DNA of 64,000 nt from Octopus vulgaris (Eukaryota), in assembly GCA_951406725.2 (NCBI GenBank), contig OX597815.1:212908001-212972000 (forward strand). The letters run 5' to 3'. Position 1 is the stretch's first letter; each line of letters opens with the position of its first letter. Shown here piece after piece: positions 1 through 12,877 of the stretch. Both the position numbers and the translations under genes were made by a program. The notes below the pieces were generated by a model. The model was not told the DNA's origin, made no database searches, and worked only from the letters and a program-made list of their open reading frames with translations.

Positions 1-47
1 GTAAATAATTTGAATTTTTTTTCTACAATTTTTTCTGTTATTATCAG

Positions 48-164
48 GCAACAGATGCTACATATGTTCAAAAACTGAATAAAAGCTTCAAAAGCAATGT
101 TTACTTTGTGATAAGCCAAGGATTTACTGACAAACAGTTCACCATCAAACATTATGCTGCACAG
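48..164 (+). CDS. SH2-containing myosin (class XXVIII-like), first visible exon, motor domain; gene 5' part lies upstream of the window
   Basis: ttatcAG acceptor and GTaatt donor; translates ATDATYVQKLNKSFKSNVYFVISQGFTDKQFTIKHYAAQ, matching the myosin ATD.T...KL / F.I.HYA motifs. Confidence 0.92.
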
Positions 165-203
165 GTAATTATTTCCTCCTCCTTAAATTAAACTTGTATG
201 CGC

Positions 204-237
<34 letters not shown>

Positions 238-1492
238 GCTGTGTGGTAGGAAGTTTGCTTCCTAACCACATGGTTATGGGTTCAGTCCCACTGTGTGGCA
301 CTTTGGGTAAGTGTTGTCCACTATTAGTCTTGAGCTGACCAAAGCCTCTTGGGTGGATTTGGTAGACAGAAACTAAAAGAAACCCATAATCATCATCATC
401 ATCATCATCATTTAATGTCTGTTGTCCACACTGGCATGGGTTGGACAGGTTGACTAGAGCTGGTAAGGTGAGGGGCTGCACCAGGCTCCAGTTTGATTTG
501 GCATGATTTCTCTGGCTGGATTCCCCTCCTAATGCCAACCACTCGGAAATTGTAATGGGTGCTTTTACATGCCACCAGCACAGGTGCCTGTTGTGTGACA
601 CCAGTCTCTGCCACGGCTATGATTTCACTTGGCTTGATGGGTCCTCTACTCAAGCACGGCATACTGCCAAAGGTCTCAGTCATTTGTCATTGCCTCCATG
701 AGGCCCAACACTCAAAAGATGCTTTTTATGTGCTACCAATACACACATATATGTGTATGTGTGTGTGTGTGTGTGTGTGTGAATTTGCTAGATAGAAACT
801 GTGTGGAGGCCTGTAATGTGTGTGTGTGTGTGTGTGTGCGTGCATATGTGTGTGTGTGTGTGTGCATGTGTGTATGTGTGTGTGTTTATTCTGCCTACCA
901 TACTGATTGACAACTGATTTTGGTTTGTCTATATCCCTATAACTTAGCAGTTTGGCAAAAGAGACCAACTGAATGTGTACCAGATTTTAAAAATAAATAC
1001 TGGTGTGGATCTGTTTGACTAAAACTCATCAAGGCAGTGCCCCAGCTTTGCCACAGTCCAATGACTGAAACAAGTAAAAGATAAAAGATGTATTAGCACA
1101 GGAAAATAGAATTTATTAAATGATTTTAGAATTAAATAATTTTGGTAGAAGCAATAGCATGCTGGGCATTCATCCATTTTTACCTTCTGAGTTCAAATTC
1201 CCCTGAGGATGACTTTGCCTTTCATCCTTTCAGGGTCGATAAAACAAGTATCAGGTGAATACTGGGGTTACTGCTTCCCCTGAACTTGCTAGCCTTGTGC
1301 CAAAATTTTAAACCAATCTAACAGTTAGAATCATGTAATTTATAACATTCAGGGCAGTGCTCCAGCATGGCTGCAGTCTAATGGCTGAAGCAAGTAAAAG
1401 ACTAAAAGAATCTTTAAACAACAAAATAGTTACGTAATTGTTTCAAAAATTATTTTTCTTTGTAATTCATCATATTTTATTATTGTTTACAG

Positions 1493-1604
1493 GTCACTTA
1501 CAACAGTGATAATTGGCTAGAGAAGAACAGAGATACACAACCTGCTGAAATCTTAAACATCTTGAGAAATAGCAACAACACATTAATTAAAATGCTGTTT
1601 TCAG
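1493..1604 (+). CDS. myosin exon (motor)
   Basis: tttacAG and GTact; VTYNSDNWLEKNRDTQPAEILNILRNSNNTLIKMLFS (V.Y....LEKNRD motif); phase 0 to 1. Confidence 0.93.
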
Positions 1605-3122
1605 GTACTTTTATTCTTGTTCTAATTTAAGGTGGCAATCTGGCAGAATTGTTGGCACATTCGACAAAACACTTAGCAGCATTTCTTCTGACTCATTGCA
1701 TTCTGTGTTCAAATTCCACTGAGGTCGACTTTGCCTTTCATCCTTTCAGAGTCAATGAAATAAGTACCAGTTGAGTACTGGGGTCGATGTAAATAACTAG
1801 CCTCTTCCTACAAAATTTCAGGCCTTGTATCTTTAGTAGAATAGATTATTATTATTATAATTGTTATTACCTTCCATGAAAAACATGTCTGGTCAAGGGG
1901 ACATATTACCTTCCTTAGAAACAGGGGAAAGTTGGCAGCGGGGAGAGCATCTGGCTATAGAAAATCTGTCTCCATGAATTCCATTTGGCAATATAAGCAT
2001 GGAAAAATGGGTGTCTAAAATGATTATGAGGATGGTGAATACTTGTGTGAGCGCAAGATTTGTTTTTCTTTTATATTATTGGGTTGATTGTGGTGTATGC
2101 AGGAGATTTGAAGTAAAGACACCTACCCTCTCTTCATCGATGCAGACCTCCCCGGTGGTAATGCACCCTTTGGCGTGGCCCGACCTGAACGCTAAAAATA
2201 GCAGCTGCTTTTCCCTTACCTTGTCAAAGCGCTCACACGTCCAGCCCTGTTGGCTACCCCGATCGAAAAGGCCCAATGCTCCGCTGCCTGAATGCGCGTC
2301 ACTCCTGCCCCTTCCTCTTCCAGTCAGCCTCAAGTTCCGGTCAGCTCCCCAGCTGCTGACGTCATCCCACATTGATCTGGTAGAAGGGGCAGTGACCATG
2401 GCTTTCAAAGAATCACCAAGACTGGAGGAGGAGGAGGAATGGTGGTGGAGGTAGTGGTGGTGGTATTTGTGTGTGTGTGTGTGTATGCTTGTTCTGTTGA
2501 TATCACTTTAAATTATTTTGTTAACACTGGTGGAATTTGAAATCAGAACTTTTAAGTCAGAAATAATATATTTATTTCAGTTCTGCATTGTACACAAAAT
2601 ATATAATTATTCAAATAATGAGCTGCCTAAGCAGAAAAATGTAAATTAAGCTATCCACTACTGTAATAACTTAATTTCTGATAGCTTGAAATAGAATCTC
2701 AATATTTTATGCCATCAATGGAGGAAAGAAATTGGATGTCTCCTTTGTGGAGTGGTCAACAAATTCAAAACAATTTATCAGTTTTCTCCCCTTTTTTTCT
2801 GTACATTGAAAGCATAAAAGAAATGTGTTTTTATTTTGTGGTATCTTGGGAGGGTTAAATCGTCCAATCCATGCTAGCATGGAAAGCGGACATTAAACGA
2901 TGATGATGATGATGATGATGATCAGAGCGACAGGTGAAATTCCACTAAGCATTTCCTCTGGCATGCTAGCAATTCTATTGATGATGATAATGATGACAAC
3001 AACAATGATTTATCACATTAGCATAAGGACACACAAATTTATTGACGAGAGATATAGATAATTAAATTGACCCCCAAATAAACAGATAATTATTGAGTAT
3101 TTCCATTTTCTTTCCTTTCAAG

Positions 3123-3193
3123 GTCACATAAAACGAACTGGAACTTTCGATCCTCAAGAGTCTGCCATGTTTACAAAAGATCTGAATTTAAAG
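3123..3193 (+). CDS. myosin exon (loop 2 region)
   Basis: polypyrimidine tract plus AG and GTaaag; (G)HIKRTGTFDPQESAMFTKDLNLK; phase 1 to 0 fits both neighbours. Confidence 0.82.
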
Positions 3194-3574
3194 GTAAAGA
3201 AACTTTCTTTTGATATTGAAGTTTTATCTAACCCCTTTGGTATCTTTATATGTCAAGAAATGTCTAGAGAAATTTCTTTATATATATATATATATATAGT
3301 AGAATAAGAAATACAAAGTCCCTGGTACAGTATTATATATTTGAAAAAAAATGAATAGAAATGGCTTTTCTGATAATTTTTCCACTTTAATAAATTAGAT
3401 GTTTATAAGTTAACAAAAGGTGATGGGAGTTTCTTGCTTAAAAGCAGTCTTCAAACTTTGAAGGCCACTTTTAAGCAACACTCCCCCCATCAGAGTCACC
3501 TTTTGTAAACTTATAAACACCTAATTTATTAAAGTGGAAAAATGATTAGAAATTCCATTTATATTATTTTTTTT

Positions 3575-3621
<47 letters not shown>

Positions 3622-4200
3622 AGAGAGAGAGAGAGAGCATGGGAGAGAGGGAGAGCTAGAAATGCAGCGTCTGAAAGTCTAATAGGGGGTAACACTGGGC
3701 AGATATGGTATTTTTACACCTTTTACCATAAGAGAATTTTTTTCTCCACAGGGAACTACAGTGAATTTTGGGTTCAACCCCACTGCATGGTACCTTGAAC
3801 AAGTGTCTTTCACTATAGCCCCAGGCCAACCGAATTCTTGTGAGTGGATTTGGTTGACAGAAACTGAAATGTGTGTGTGCGCACATGCACACATGTCCTT
3901 GTTGTGACATCATGTGTTGATTGTAAACAAGAATCAGTGTCATTGAAGTGAGTTTGTTTCCAGTCTTCTGATGAAAATATGTTTGTCCATGAGAAGTATT
4001 ACTATTTGGAAACAGGTGACAGTTGGCAACAAGAAGGACATTTGACTATAAAAGATCTGCCTCACCACACTCCATCTAACCCATGTGAACATGGAAGATT
4101 GGATCTTAGAATGATGAGGATTATGACATATATAATTATTAATTTTTTTAGTGTATATTGTGATACTTTGGTTCAATTCTTTTGCTTCAAACATTTCTAG

Positions 4201-4254
4201 GAGACTCACAATTTGGATAAAGCACGGAAGCTAACTGTTGGTGCTCAGTTCAAG
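4201..4254 (+). CDS. myosin exon (motor)
   Basis: tttctAG and GTaagt; ETHNLDKARKLTVGAQFK (TV..QFK motif). Confidence 0.9.
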
Positions 4255-4855
4255 GTAAGTGTGTTTTTTTTTTAATTTTGATCTTGCATATTGTTCGTGT
4301 GGAATCCTGATTGAACAGTTGGTCTGTAAGCTGCAAGGTTAATAGTGCTAATCTTATCATTGGCCCTCTACTGATCATAAGACTATTATCTCTAAATGTA
4401 TCTAAGTAACTCTAAATATGTTTTAATTCCTTAGTAGAACTCACATTTTTTTTCTTTTATAGCTTTTAGCTCTGAGATCAAATTTTGTGTAGATATGACA
4501 GTACAGTTGAGAAACTTGGTTTGCAGTCATGTGGTTTTGAGTTCAGTTCTACTGTGCGGCACATTGGACAGGTGTTTTCTTCTCTAGCTCCGAGCTGACT
4601 AATGCTCTGTCAGGAATTTGGTAGATAGAAACTGCATGAAAGCCTGTCTTATTCTTTTACTAGTTTCAGTCATTTGACTGTGGCTATGCTGGAGCACCAC
4701 CTTTAGTCTTAGAAATCAAACCCCCAGGACTTATTCTTTGTAAGCCTAGTACTTATTCTATCAGAGTCTTTTGCCAAAATGCTAAGTTATAGGGACATAA
4801 ACACACCAACATCAGTTGTCAAGTGATGCTGGGGGACAAACACTGACACACAAAC

Positions 4856-4888
<33 letters not shown>

Positions 4889-5049
4889 CAACAGGCTTCT
4901 TTCAGTTTCAGTTTCCCTCTACTAAGTCCACTCAAGGCTTTGGTTGGCCTGAGGCTATAGTAGAAGACACTTGCCCAAGGTGCCTCACAGTGGGACTGAA
5001 CCCGGAACCATGTGGTTGGTAAGCAAGCTACTTACCAAAACAGCCACGC

Positions 5050-7959
5050 CTGTGCCTGGCCAGATCCTAGCAGTGGATCTTTTCGCGGGCGCTTGTCAGC
5101 GTGCATTGGAGCGGTTCAACTTCTCCAGGCGCCAACGCCGCCTCAACATCTCCCCGGCTGAGCTCTTGGCTCTTCGTTCCCTCCAACGGCGCGCTGACAT
5201 TATCATCAAACCGGCTGACAAGGGTGGAGCTGTAGTGGTGTGGCGCGCGGACCTCTATAGGGCCGAGGCTTTCCGCCAACTCAATGACACCTCCTTCTAT
5301 TCCCCTCTGCCCTCTAACCCCACACGTAGCTACCAACAGACGGTATCCTCTACTGTCCAAGACCTCATCTCGTCCTCCCGTCTCCCCCGCACCGCATCCA
5401 ACCTAATTGTGCGAACCCCACGTACCCCCACCATTTACTTCCTCCCCAAAATCCACAAACCCAACAACCCTGGCCGCCCCATCGTCTCCGCCTGTAACTG
5501 CCCCACGGAGCTCATCTCTAAATACCTCGACCGTGTCCTTGCCCCCCTAGTGGCATCTCTTCCCTCCCACATCCACGATACCAACCATGCTCTCCGGCTT
5601 TTCAACTCTTTCTCCTTTCCTCCCGGCTCCTCCAAAATCCTTTTTACTATGGACATCCAAAGCCTCTATACTGTTATCCCTCACCACGAAGGACTGCAGG
5701 CCCTTCGACACTTTCTTGACCTCCGCTCTAACCCTGTACCTGACACCTCCACACTCATTCGTCTGGCCGAACTTGTCCTTACTCTGAACTGCTTCTCGTT
5801 CGCGGGCGAGTTCTACCATCAGGTCTCGGGAGTGGCCATGGGAACGCGAATGGGCCCCAACTATGCGAACCTGTTCGTTGGCTATGTTGAGGCCCAAATA
5901 TTCTCTACTTTCACTGGTCCCACTCCTGAACTATATGGTCGTTATATTGACGACATTATCGGTGCCACCTCACTCTCCCGCGAACATCTAGATTCCTTCC
6001 TCTCTTTCGTCCAATCTTTCCATCCAGCCCTCCACTTCACTTCCACTATCTCCAACACCTCTGTCTCCTTCCTCGACATTTCGGTTAGCATTCTTGACTC
6101 CACTCTTACCACCTCCATTCACTACAAACACACAGACTCACACTCATACCTCAACTTCTCTTCCTCCCACCCAGAACACACCAAGCTTTCCATCCCCTAT
6201 TCCCAATTCCTCCGTCTACGTAGGCTCTGTAGTGACGACCATGACTTTGAGACTCAGTCTCAACGTATGGCTCACCACTTCACCCTACGTGGATACCCCT
6301 CACCACTATCCACACCGCCCTTGCCAGAGCACGGTCCGTGGACCGTGTATCTGCTCTCTCTCCCCGAACCCGCCCTGTAGTCTCCCGCCTCCCTTTTCCC
6401 CTCACTTACCACCCCACGACCCTACGTCTCCAACGCACCATTCTTCGAGCTTTCCGTCGTCTCCAGTCCGACCCGTCCACTTCACACCTCTTCCCTAACC
6501 GACCCCTCCCCTCTTTCAAACGAGCCCACAACCTTCGAGACCTTTTGGTCCATAGCTCCTTCCCTGACCCTACCTCCCAACCCGGCTCGTTCCCCTGCTC
6601 CCGCCCACGCTGCCGCACTTGCCCTTACCTCTCCAACACCACCCGCCTCACTAGCACCCACCATCGACCCTATCCCATCATCCACTCCTTCACCTGCACC
6701 TCCAGCAATATTATCTATTGCATCTCTTGCTCTCTCTGCAATTCCTTGTACATCGGACAAACGGGACGCCGCTTGGCTGACCGGTTCGCGGAACACCTTC
6801 GTGACATCCACCTTGCGAACGACACACCGGTCTCACGCCATTTCCGCTCCACCGGTCACTCCTTGCAACACCTATCTGTGTTCGGTTTGTCCTTACACAG
6901 AGGCCATCCGGATTCCCGTTTGCGCCGTGAACAGGAATTAATCTTCTCTCTTCGCTCTTATACGCCATTTGGTCTCAACTCTCCCCCTCCTCATCTAACC
7001 CCCCTCTCCCCCTCCTCACCTATCCTTTCTCCCCCGACCCCCACTTCTTCAGTCCTTCATCCTTTCACCCCTACTCCCCTTCCCTTCTTCCCTCTTTCTC
7101 CCTCCCTCTTCCTCTTCCCTCTGCTCCCTCACTCCCTCTCTCCCCTTCTCTCTCCCCCTCTCCCTCTTTCCTCCTTCATCCCTCTCCTCCCCTTCCTTCT
7201 CCCCATCCTCTCCTCTTCACCCTCCCCTCCCCCTCTTCTTCCCCTCCCCTTCTCTCCCCCTCTTCTCCCCTCCCCCTCTTCTCCTCACTACACCACATGA
7301 CTTTACACATCACATCACATATGATGTGCCATACTAATACACACACCAACTAATACATACTAATACGTACTAATACATACTAGTACATACTAATACTTAC
7401 ACCAACCCTATACATACACACGTCCAGACCCCGCATACGCACTTATACTCTCTCACACACACACACACACACCTATACATACCAATACGTACTAATACAT
7501 ACTAATACATACTAATACATACACCAACCCCATACATACGCACGTCCAGACCAATCCCACGCACTGATACTCTCTCATACACACACACACACACACACAC
7601 ACCCTTATACATACTAATACATACACCAACCCTATACATACACATCCAGACCCCTCCCACGCACTTTTAGCTGGTCCCTCAACCCTATTATCTCCCCTTA
7701 TTTCGCTCTCGCGTCTCATGTTTGATCTTTGACCTCTGGCCGAAATCAGATCGCCATGTTGATTCGTTAGCTACTGCACGCATTTTTTTCTCTCCTTCTT
7801 TCTGTGTTTTTCTCTCTCTGTGTATCTTTCTGTTGAAGAGCGTAGGCTCGAAACGTTAAAGACTTGTTTTATTTATATTTCCTGAGCGCCATACTAATAC
7901 AATTGTTCGTTTGTTTTCCACCTGCCTTCGTCTTTTGTTTATTTTCATAAAGCTTCCCG

Positions 7960-7960
<1 letters not shown>
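5050..7960 (+). mobile_element. Penelope-like retroelement, 5'-truncated: RT + Cys-rich linker + GIY-YIG endonuclease, with one frameshift
   Basis: IIIKPADKGGAVVV, YFLPKIHK...GRPIVS, MDIQSLYT, GVAMG, RYIDD, FLDI; second frame has CSRPRCRTC and IIYCISCSLCNSLYIGQTGRRLADRFAEH; C/T-rich 3' tract and a terminal hammerhead-like motif. Confidence 0.93.
7825..7862 (+). ncRNA. minimal hammerhead ribozyme-like motif at the Penelope 3' terminus
   Basis: TCTTT-CTGTTGA-A-GAGC(GTAG)GCTC-GAAA-CG-TT-AAAGA: 5-bp stem I, 4-bp stem II, palindromic AACGTT stem III; A6 of the core is replaced by U. Confidence 0.62.
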
Positions 7961-8006
<46 letters not shown>

Positions 8007-9103
8007 GTGTGTTTCATGGACAATTGGTGTTGGTTTATTAGCTGTTTGACAAAACAGATCTATAGAATAAGTTCCTGGCTTATAAATAAGTACTGGGATT
8101 AATTGACTCAACTAAAACCTCTAAGGTTCTTTTCCCAGCATGTTTTCATAATCCAATGACTGAAACAAGTAACAGATAAAAGAATCTATAATGATAATTT
8201 GAAGAGACATTCTTTTGGCATCAATAGGAACTAATAAACCATTGCTGGAAACATTGAATTTGCATAAGTCAAACAGTCGACAATATTGACTGTATTTGCA
8301 TGAAATAAAACAATGTTGATTGACTGGCTGATTAATTACTTTAATTCTTGATCATCATCATCATCATTTAGCGTCCGTTTTCCATGCTAGCATGGGTTGG
8401 ACGGTTTAACTGGGGTCTGTGAAGCCGGAAGGCTTCATCAGGCCCAGTCAGATTTGGCAGTGTTTCTACGGCTGGATGCCCTTCCTAACGCCAACCACTC
8501 CGTGAATGTAGTGGGTGCTTTTTACGTGCCACCTCTTAGAGCATCTAGCTCAATGGTTAGAGCATTGGGCTTGCAATCAAGAGGTAGTGAATTTGATTCC
8601 TGGACTGGGCTGTGTGTTGTGTTCTTGAGCAAGACACTTTATTTCACGTTGCTCCAGTTCACTCAGCTGCAGATGTGAGTTGCAGACTTACTGGTGCCAA
8701 ACTGTATCAGCCTTTGCCTTTCCCTTGGATAGCATTAGTGGTGTGGAGAGGTGAGGCTGATACGTACAGGCAACTGCTGGTCTGCCATCAACAACCATGC
8801 CTGGACTCATGATTTGGAGAGGAACTTTCTAGGAGCATCCCATGGTCATTCACGAACAAAGGAGGTCTTTACCCTTTTTGCTTTTTGTTAATTAAAGTAG
8901 CAACTTGGCATGGGAAAAAAATGCTTTAGGACCTTTGTTCAAGCGCTTTATGTTCCGTATTCAAACCCTGCAGAAGTCACCTCTGCCTTTCATCTGTCTG
9001 GAACCAATAAAATAGAGAACCATTCAATTACTAGGGTTGATGTAATCAACTAAGTTCCTCCCTTCTAAATTGCTGGCCTTGTGTTTCAATTAGAAACCAT
9101 TAG

Positions 9104-9580
9104 TTAACTCTTTCGTTACTGTTGAATCACACTGCCTTTAATTTAGTAAAATAACTTTGTCATTACTTAGCTGGTTATTGGATCATAAATTAACAGGAAA
9201 TTTCAAAGGAAGGTTTTAGTTTCGATCACCTTAAAACACGAAGCTTGTATCTCAGAGCCAGAAGCGGTCTCAGGTGAGTTGGTATCAAAAGGGTTGAAAT
9301 CTTGCATCAAATTTGTATTTAGCCACTTGAATACAAAAGTCATCCTCTGCTTTAACCCCTTCGATACCAACCCAACTGAAACAGCTTCTGGCTCTGTAGT
9401 ACAAATGTCTTGTTTTCATAAGTTTTGAATGAAAATCTTCCACCAAACCTTAGTCACAATTTATGTTTCTAACACTAGCTTATTGATAACTAAATTATTT
9501 TACTAAATTCTTTGTTATATTTAAAGTAATTGAAAGAAATACAGAGCATCTCAAAATAAATACAGTAATGAAAGGGTTAA
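9104..9580. mobile_element. two oppositely oriented TTAA-bounded piggyBac-like MITEs (about 9104-9298 and 9352-9580)
   Basis: TTAACCCCTTCGATACC...GTAATGAAAGGGTTAA; the first copy is a diverged reverse complement of the second. Confidence 0.65.
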
Positions 9581-9774
9581 TCCACTTTAATAATATAATA
9601 TTTAGTGTTAATTGTTAGCCCTGTAAAGAAGGGTTGCTTCATCTTATTAAATAAGGAAAATGACTGAGCCAAATATTAGGTTTTACTTGTAATGCTTGTC
9701 TTTGATGGTTTTGATCACAAATTTAGATATTTTTATCTTGTATTTTGTTTATATTGTTCTTTTTATATTTTTAG

Positions 9775-9894
9775 AATTCTTTGGTTGTTTTAATGGAAAG
9801 GATGAGTATTTCTGTTCCAATTTTCATCCGATGCTTGAAGCCAAATCACGAGAGGAAACCAAACATTTTTAACGAGAAATACATTCTAACACAG
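9775..9894 (+). CDS. myosin exon (actin-binding helix)
   Basis: ttttAG and GTact; NSLVVLMERMSISVPIFIRCLKPNHERKPNIFNEKYILTQ (P.FIRC.KPN motif). Confidence 0.95.
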
Positions 9895-11081
9895 GTACTT
9901 ATTAAAAGTCAACTTTAGCAATCAATAAATTATTGAGCTGTAATATTTCACCAATTTATTCATTTAGATGCACGAAAAGCAGAGAAATTTTGATATTTAA
10001 TGAGTATTGGATGAGAAAGAGGACATCTGTAAATTATTCTACAATCATCATCATCATCATCGTTTAATGTCTGCTTTCCATGCTAGCATGGGTTGGACGA
10101 TTTGACTGAAGACTGGCGAACCAGATAGCTGCACCAAGCTCCAATCTTGATCTAGCAGAGTATCTACAGCTGGATGCCCTTCCTAACGCCAACCACTCCG
10201 AGAGCGTAGTGGGTGCCTTTACGTGCCACCTGCACAGGAGCCAGTTCAGCGGCACTGGCAACGACCTCACTCAAATGTTTTTTCACGTGCCACCAGCAGT
10301 AAGGTGACGCTGGAGTAAAAAAAAAGTTTTGAGCCAATGGCTGCATGGTTAAGAAGCTAGCTTTGAAACTACATGGTTTTGAGTTCACTTTCACTGTGCA
10401 GTACCTTGGGCAAGCATCTTTTACTATAGTTCAGGGTCAGTGAATGCCTTGTGAGTAAATCTGGCGGATGAAAACTGTGTGGAAGCCCGTTGTATATATA
10501 TATGTGTGTTTGTGTTTGTCCTCTCCCACATCACAAGCAGTGCTGGTTTGTTTATGTCCCTATAGCTTAGTGGTTCAGCAAAAGAGACCAGTAGAATAAG
10601 TGTCAAACTTAAAAGTTAAGTACTAGGGTTGATTTATTCAGCTAAACCCTTCAAGGTAGTGCCCCAGCTTGGCCACAGACCAGTGAGTGAAACAAGTAAA
10701 AGGTAAAAGATATGAGTTGCTTTTGATTACCTTTGATTCGGCAGACATGCTTAAAAACCTTCCGGCCATGACTCTCCTGTCAATGTTTTTTTTTGTCAAT
10801 GATGATGTGTTTAAAACTACATTTTTCTTCTAATGTGCCTGTTCTTTTGTAAATCAGTACGATGTAGTTTAAGGTCAATTAGTTTAAGGTCAATTAGTCT
10901 GTTATTTATAGCAGGTCACATGAGGACACCCTCGTTGATTGAGGACATTGAATGTTTGTCTTGTTTTTAAACGTGAAAATAATTATTTCAACATTATCAC
11001 ACTTAATTACCTGTTAAAGATGATGATAATTTTAAAATTTAGTCATAAATCTCCATAAAGCTGTGTTTAGTTTTTGAAATC

Positions 11082-11870
11082 ATCATCGTTTAACGTCCGT
11101 TTTCCATGCTGGCATGAGTTGGATGGTTTGACTGGGGCCTGGGAAGCCAGGAGGCTGCACCAGGCTCCAGTCTGATCTGGCAGAGTTTCTACAGCTGGAT
11201 GCCCTTCCTAATGTCAACCACTCTGAGAGTGTAGTGGGTGCTTTTTACGTGCCACTGCCACAGGGGCCAGAAGGAGCTGGCAACAACCACGATCGGATGG
11301 TGCTTTTTATGTGCCACTGGCACAGGGACCACAACTACATTTTCCATTTGATTTTGGTTTTGATGTACTTGACTCAATAAGTCTCCTCAAGCACAGCATG
11401 TCGCCCTACAATCCAAGGTACTTTTGAGTGGACTGGTTATGTAACACTGATGTAGGTTACGGCTGTGAACTCACTTTATTTGCTGGGTCTTCTCAGTCAC
11501 AGCATATCTCCAGAGGTCTTGGCTTTTTGTCATTGCCTCTGTAAGGCCCAATGTTCAAAGGTCATGCTTCACCACCTCACCCCATTCCTCTACTCCAGAT
11601 TCCTTCCACTATTTGGGAGTGGCTCTTCTTCACACAGATTTCATCCATCCATAGTACATGACCATACCAACGCAAACGTCTCTCTTGCACACCACATCTG
11701 ATGCTTCTTATGTCCAACATTTCTCTCAGGGCACTTACACTCTGTCGTGTGCACACACTGACATTACACATCCAGCAGATCATGCTAGCTTCAGTTCTTT
11801 TGAGCCTATGCATGTCTTCAGCAGTCACGGCCTATGTTTCACTGCTGTGAATCATGGCAGTTCGCACTGA
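11082..11870 (-). mobile_element. 3' fragment of the same RTE-type LINE
   Basis: EASMICWMCNVS...ERRLRWYGHV, plus the 3' UTR and tail; shorter tail copies at 388-735, 8351-8533, 10045-10320, 15187-16040, 26435-26682 and 27064-27272. Confidence 0.8.
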
Positions 11871-11990
11871 CTTTACCTTTCATCCTTCTGGGTTCAATGG
11901 AATAAATACCATTTGAGCACTGGGGTTGATGTAATCAACTAGCTATTCCTCTCCTTAAAAACGTTTTGCCTTATGCCTGCAATAGAAAGG

Positions 11991-12073
<83 letters not shown>

Positions 12074-12075
12074 CA
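11991..12075. repeat. (ATT)n microsatellite, representative of dozens of (AT)n, (AC)n, (AG)n, (ATC)n and (CAC)n tracts in the window
   Basis: directly visible. Confidence 0.95.
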
Positions 12076-12209
12076 TCATCATCATTGTTATTGTTATTGT
12101 TATTTACTTTTAATCTGCATGTTTGTTGCAATCATTTTGCTGAGACACACCCAGCATCCTAGAGCGAGTGAAGGATGTATACTGTTACTGTATAACCGAA
12201 AGGTTGGGG

Positions 12210-12840
12210 AGGGGAAGTGGCAGAGGCAGTAGTGAAATATCTGCATGTAATACTATGCAGACGTTTAAATTGTTAGCGTTTTTCTGAGGATGTGAGCAGT
12301 ACTTGTTAGCAGAATCTTTTGGATTTCTCTGATACATGGATTTCCTGGGACGTTGTTTAGATGTCACTGACATCCATTTTTTTTTTATCATACCCAGGAC
12401 AGCTACAATAGCAGGAACAGTTTTTACTTTAAGATGTCATATCTTTTGTATTTCAACTTTTAGGTTCTTATATTTACTAAGTTTGTCAAATTCCTTTACA
12501 GATATATTTTTGTCAGTGGGAACACTTACATCTATTAGTCTACCTGTATTTTCTTCCTTGTCTATAATAATTATGTCTGGTCAATTAGCCTGTATCATTC
12601 TATCAGTGTTGACTGAAAATCCCAGAGGATAGTGATATTTTTACCTTTAACGACTGGATCAAGATTATGTTCATACCAGTAAGCAGGAATGCTGATTTTT
12701 TGTAGTGTTTACATATTTTCTAATGTAAATACTGTCCTACCTTATTGTGGTGATTTTTGCTTTTGTTTGATATCTGCACAGGACATCCGGAAACAAATTT
12801 TGTCAAACGTCTTGCAGGATCTGCATTTAGGATCAGTACT
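12210..12840 (-). mobile_element. degenerate RLE-type non-LTR fragment
   Basis: HNKVGQYLH followed on the - strand by TDRMIQAN.PDIIIDKEENT..IDVSVP-like sequence. Confidence 0.6.
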
Positions 12841-12877
12841 GTTTTGAAGAACGTTAGCCTGGTATTATTATTATTAT

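Noticed and set aside
1-47. Window starts with GT and reaches AG at 47, suggesting a 47-nt intron
   Set aside because: The upstream exon is not visible, so this may be a coincidence of the window boundary
4971-5055. N-terminus (MPKVPHSGTEPGTMW...) of the 469-aa ORF
   Set aside because: It lies in an antisense SINE head that is fortuitously in frame with the truncated Penelope RT; the same peptide recurs in many SINE-derived ORFs
6990-7300. Pro/Ser/Leu-rich C-terminal protein domain
   Set aside because: It is read-through into a polypyrimidine tract that lacks stop codons; no evidence for a real domain
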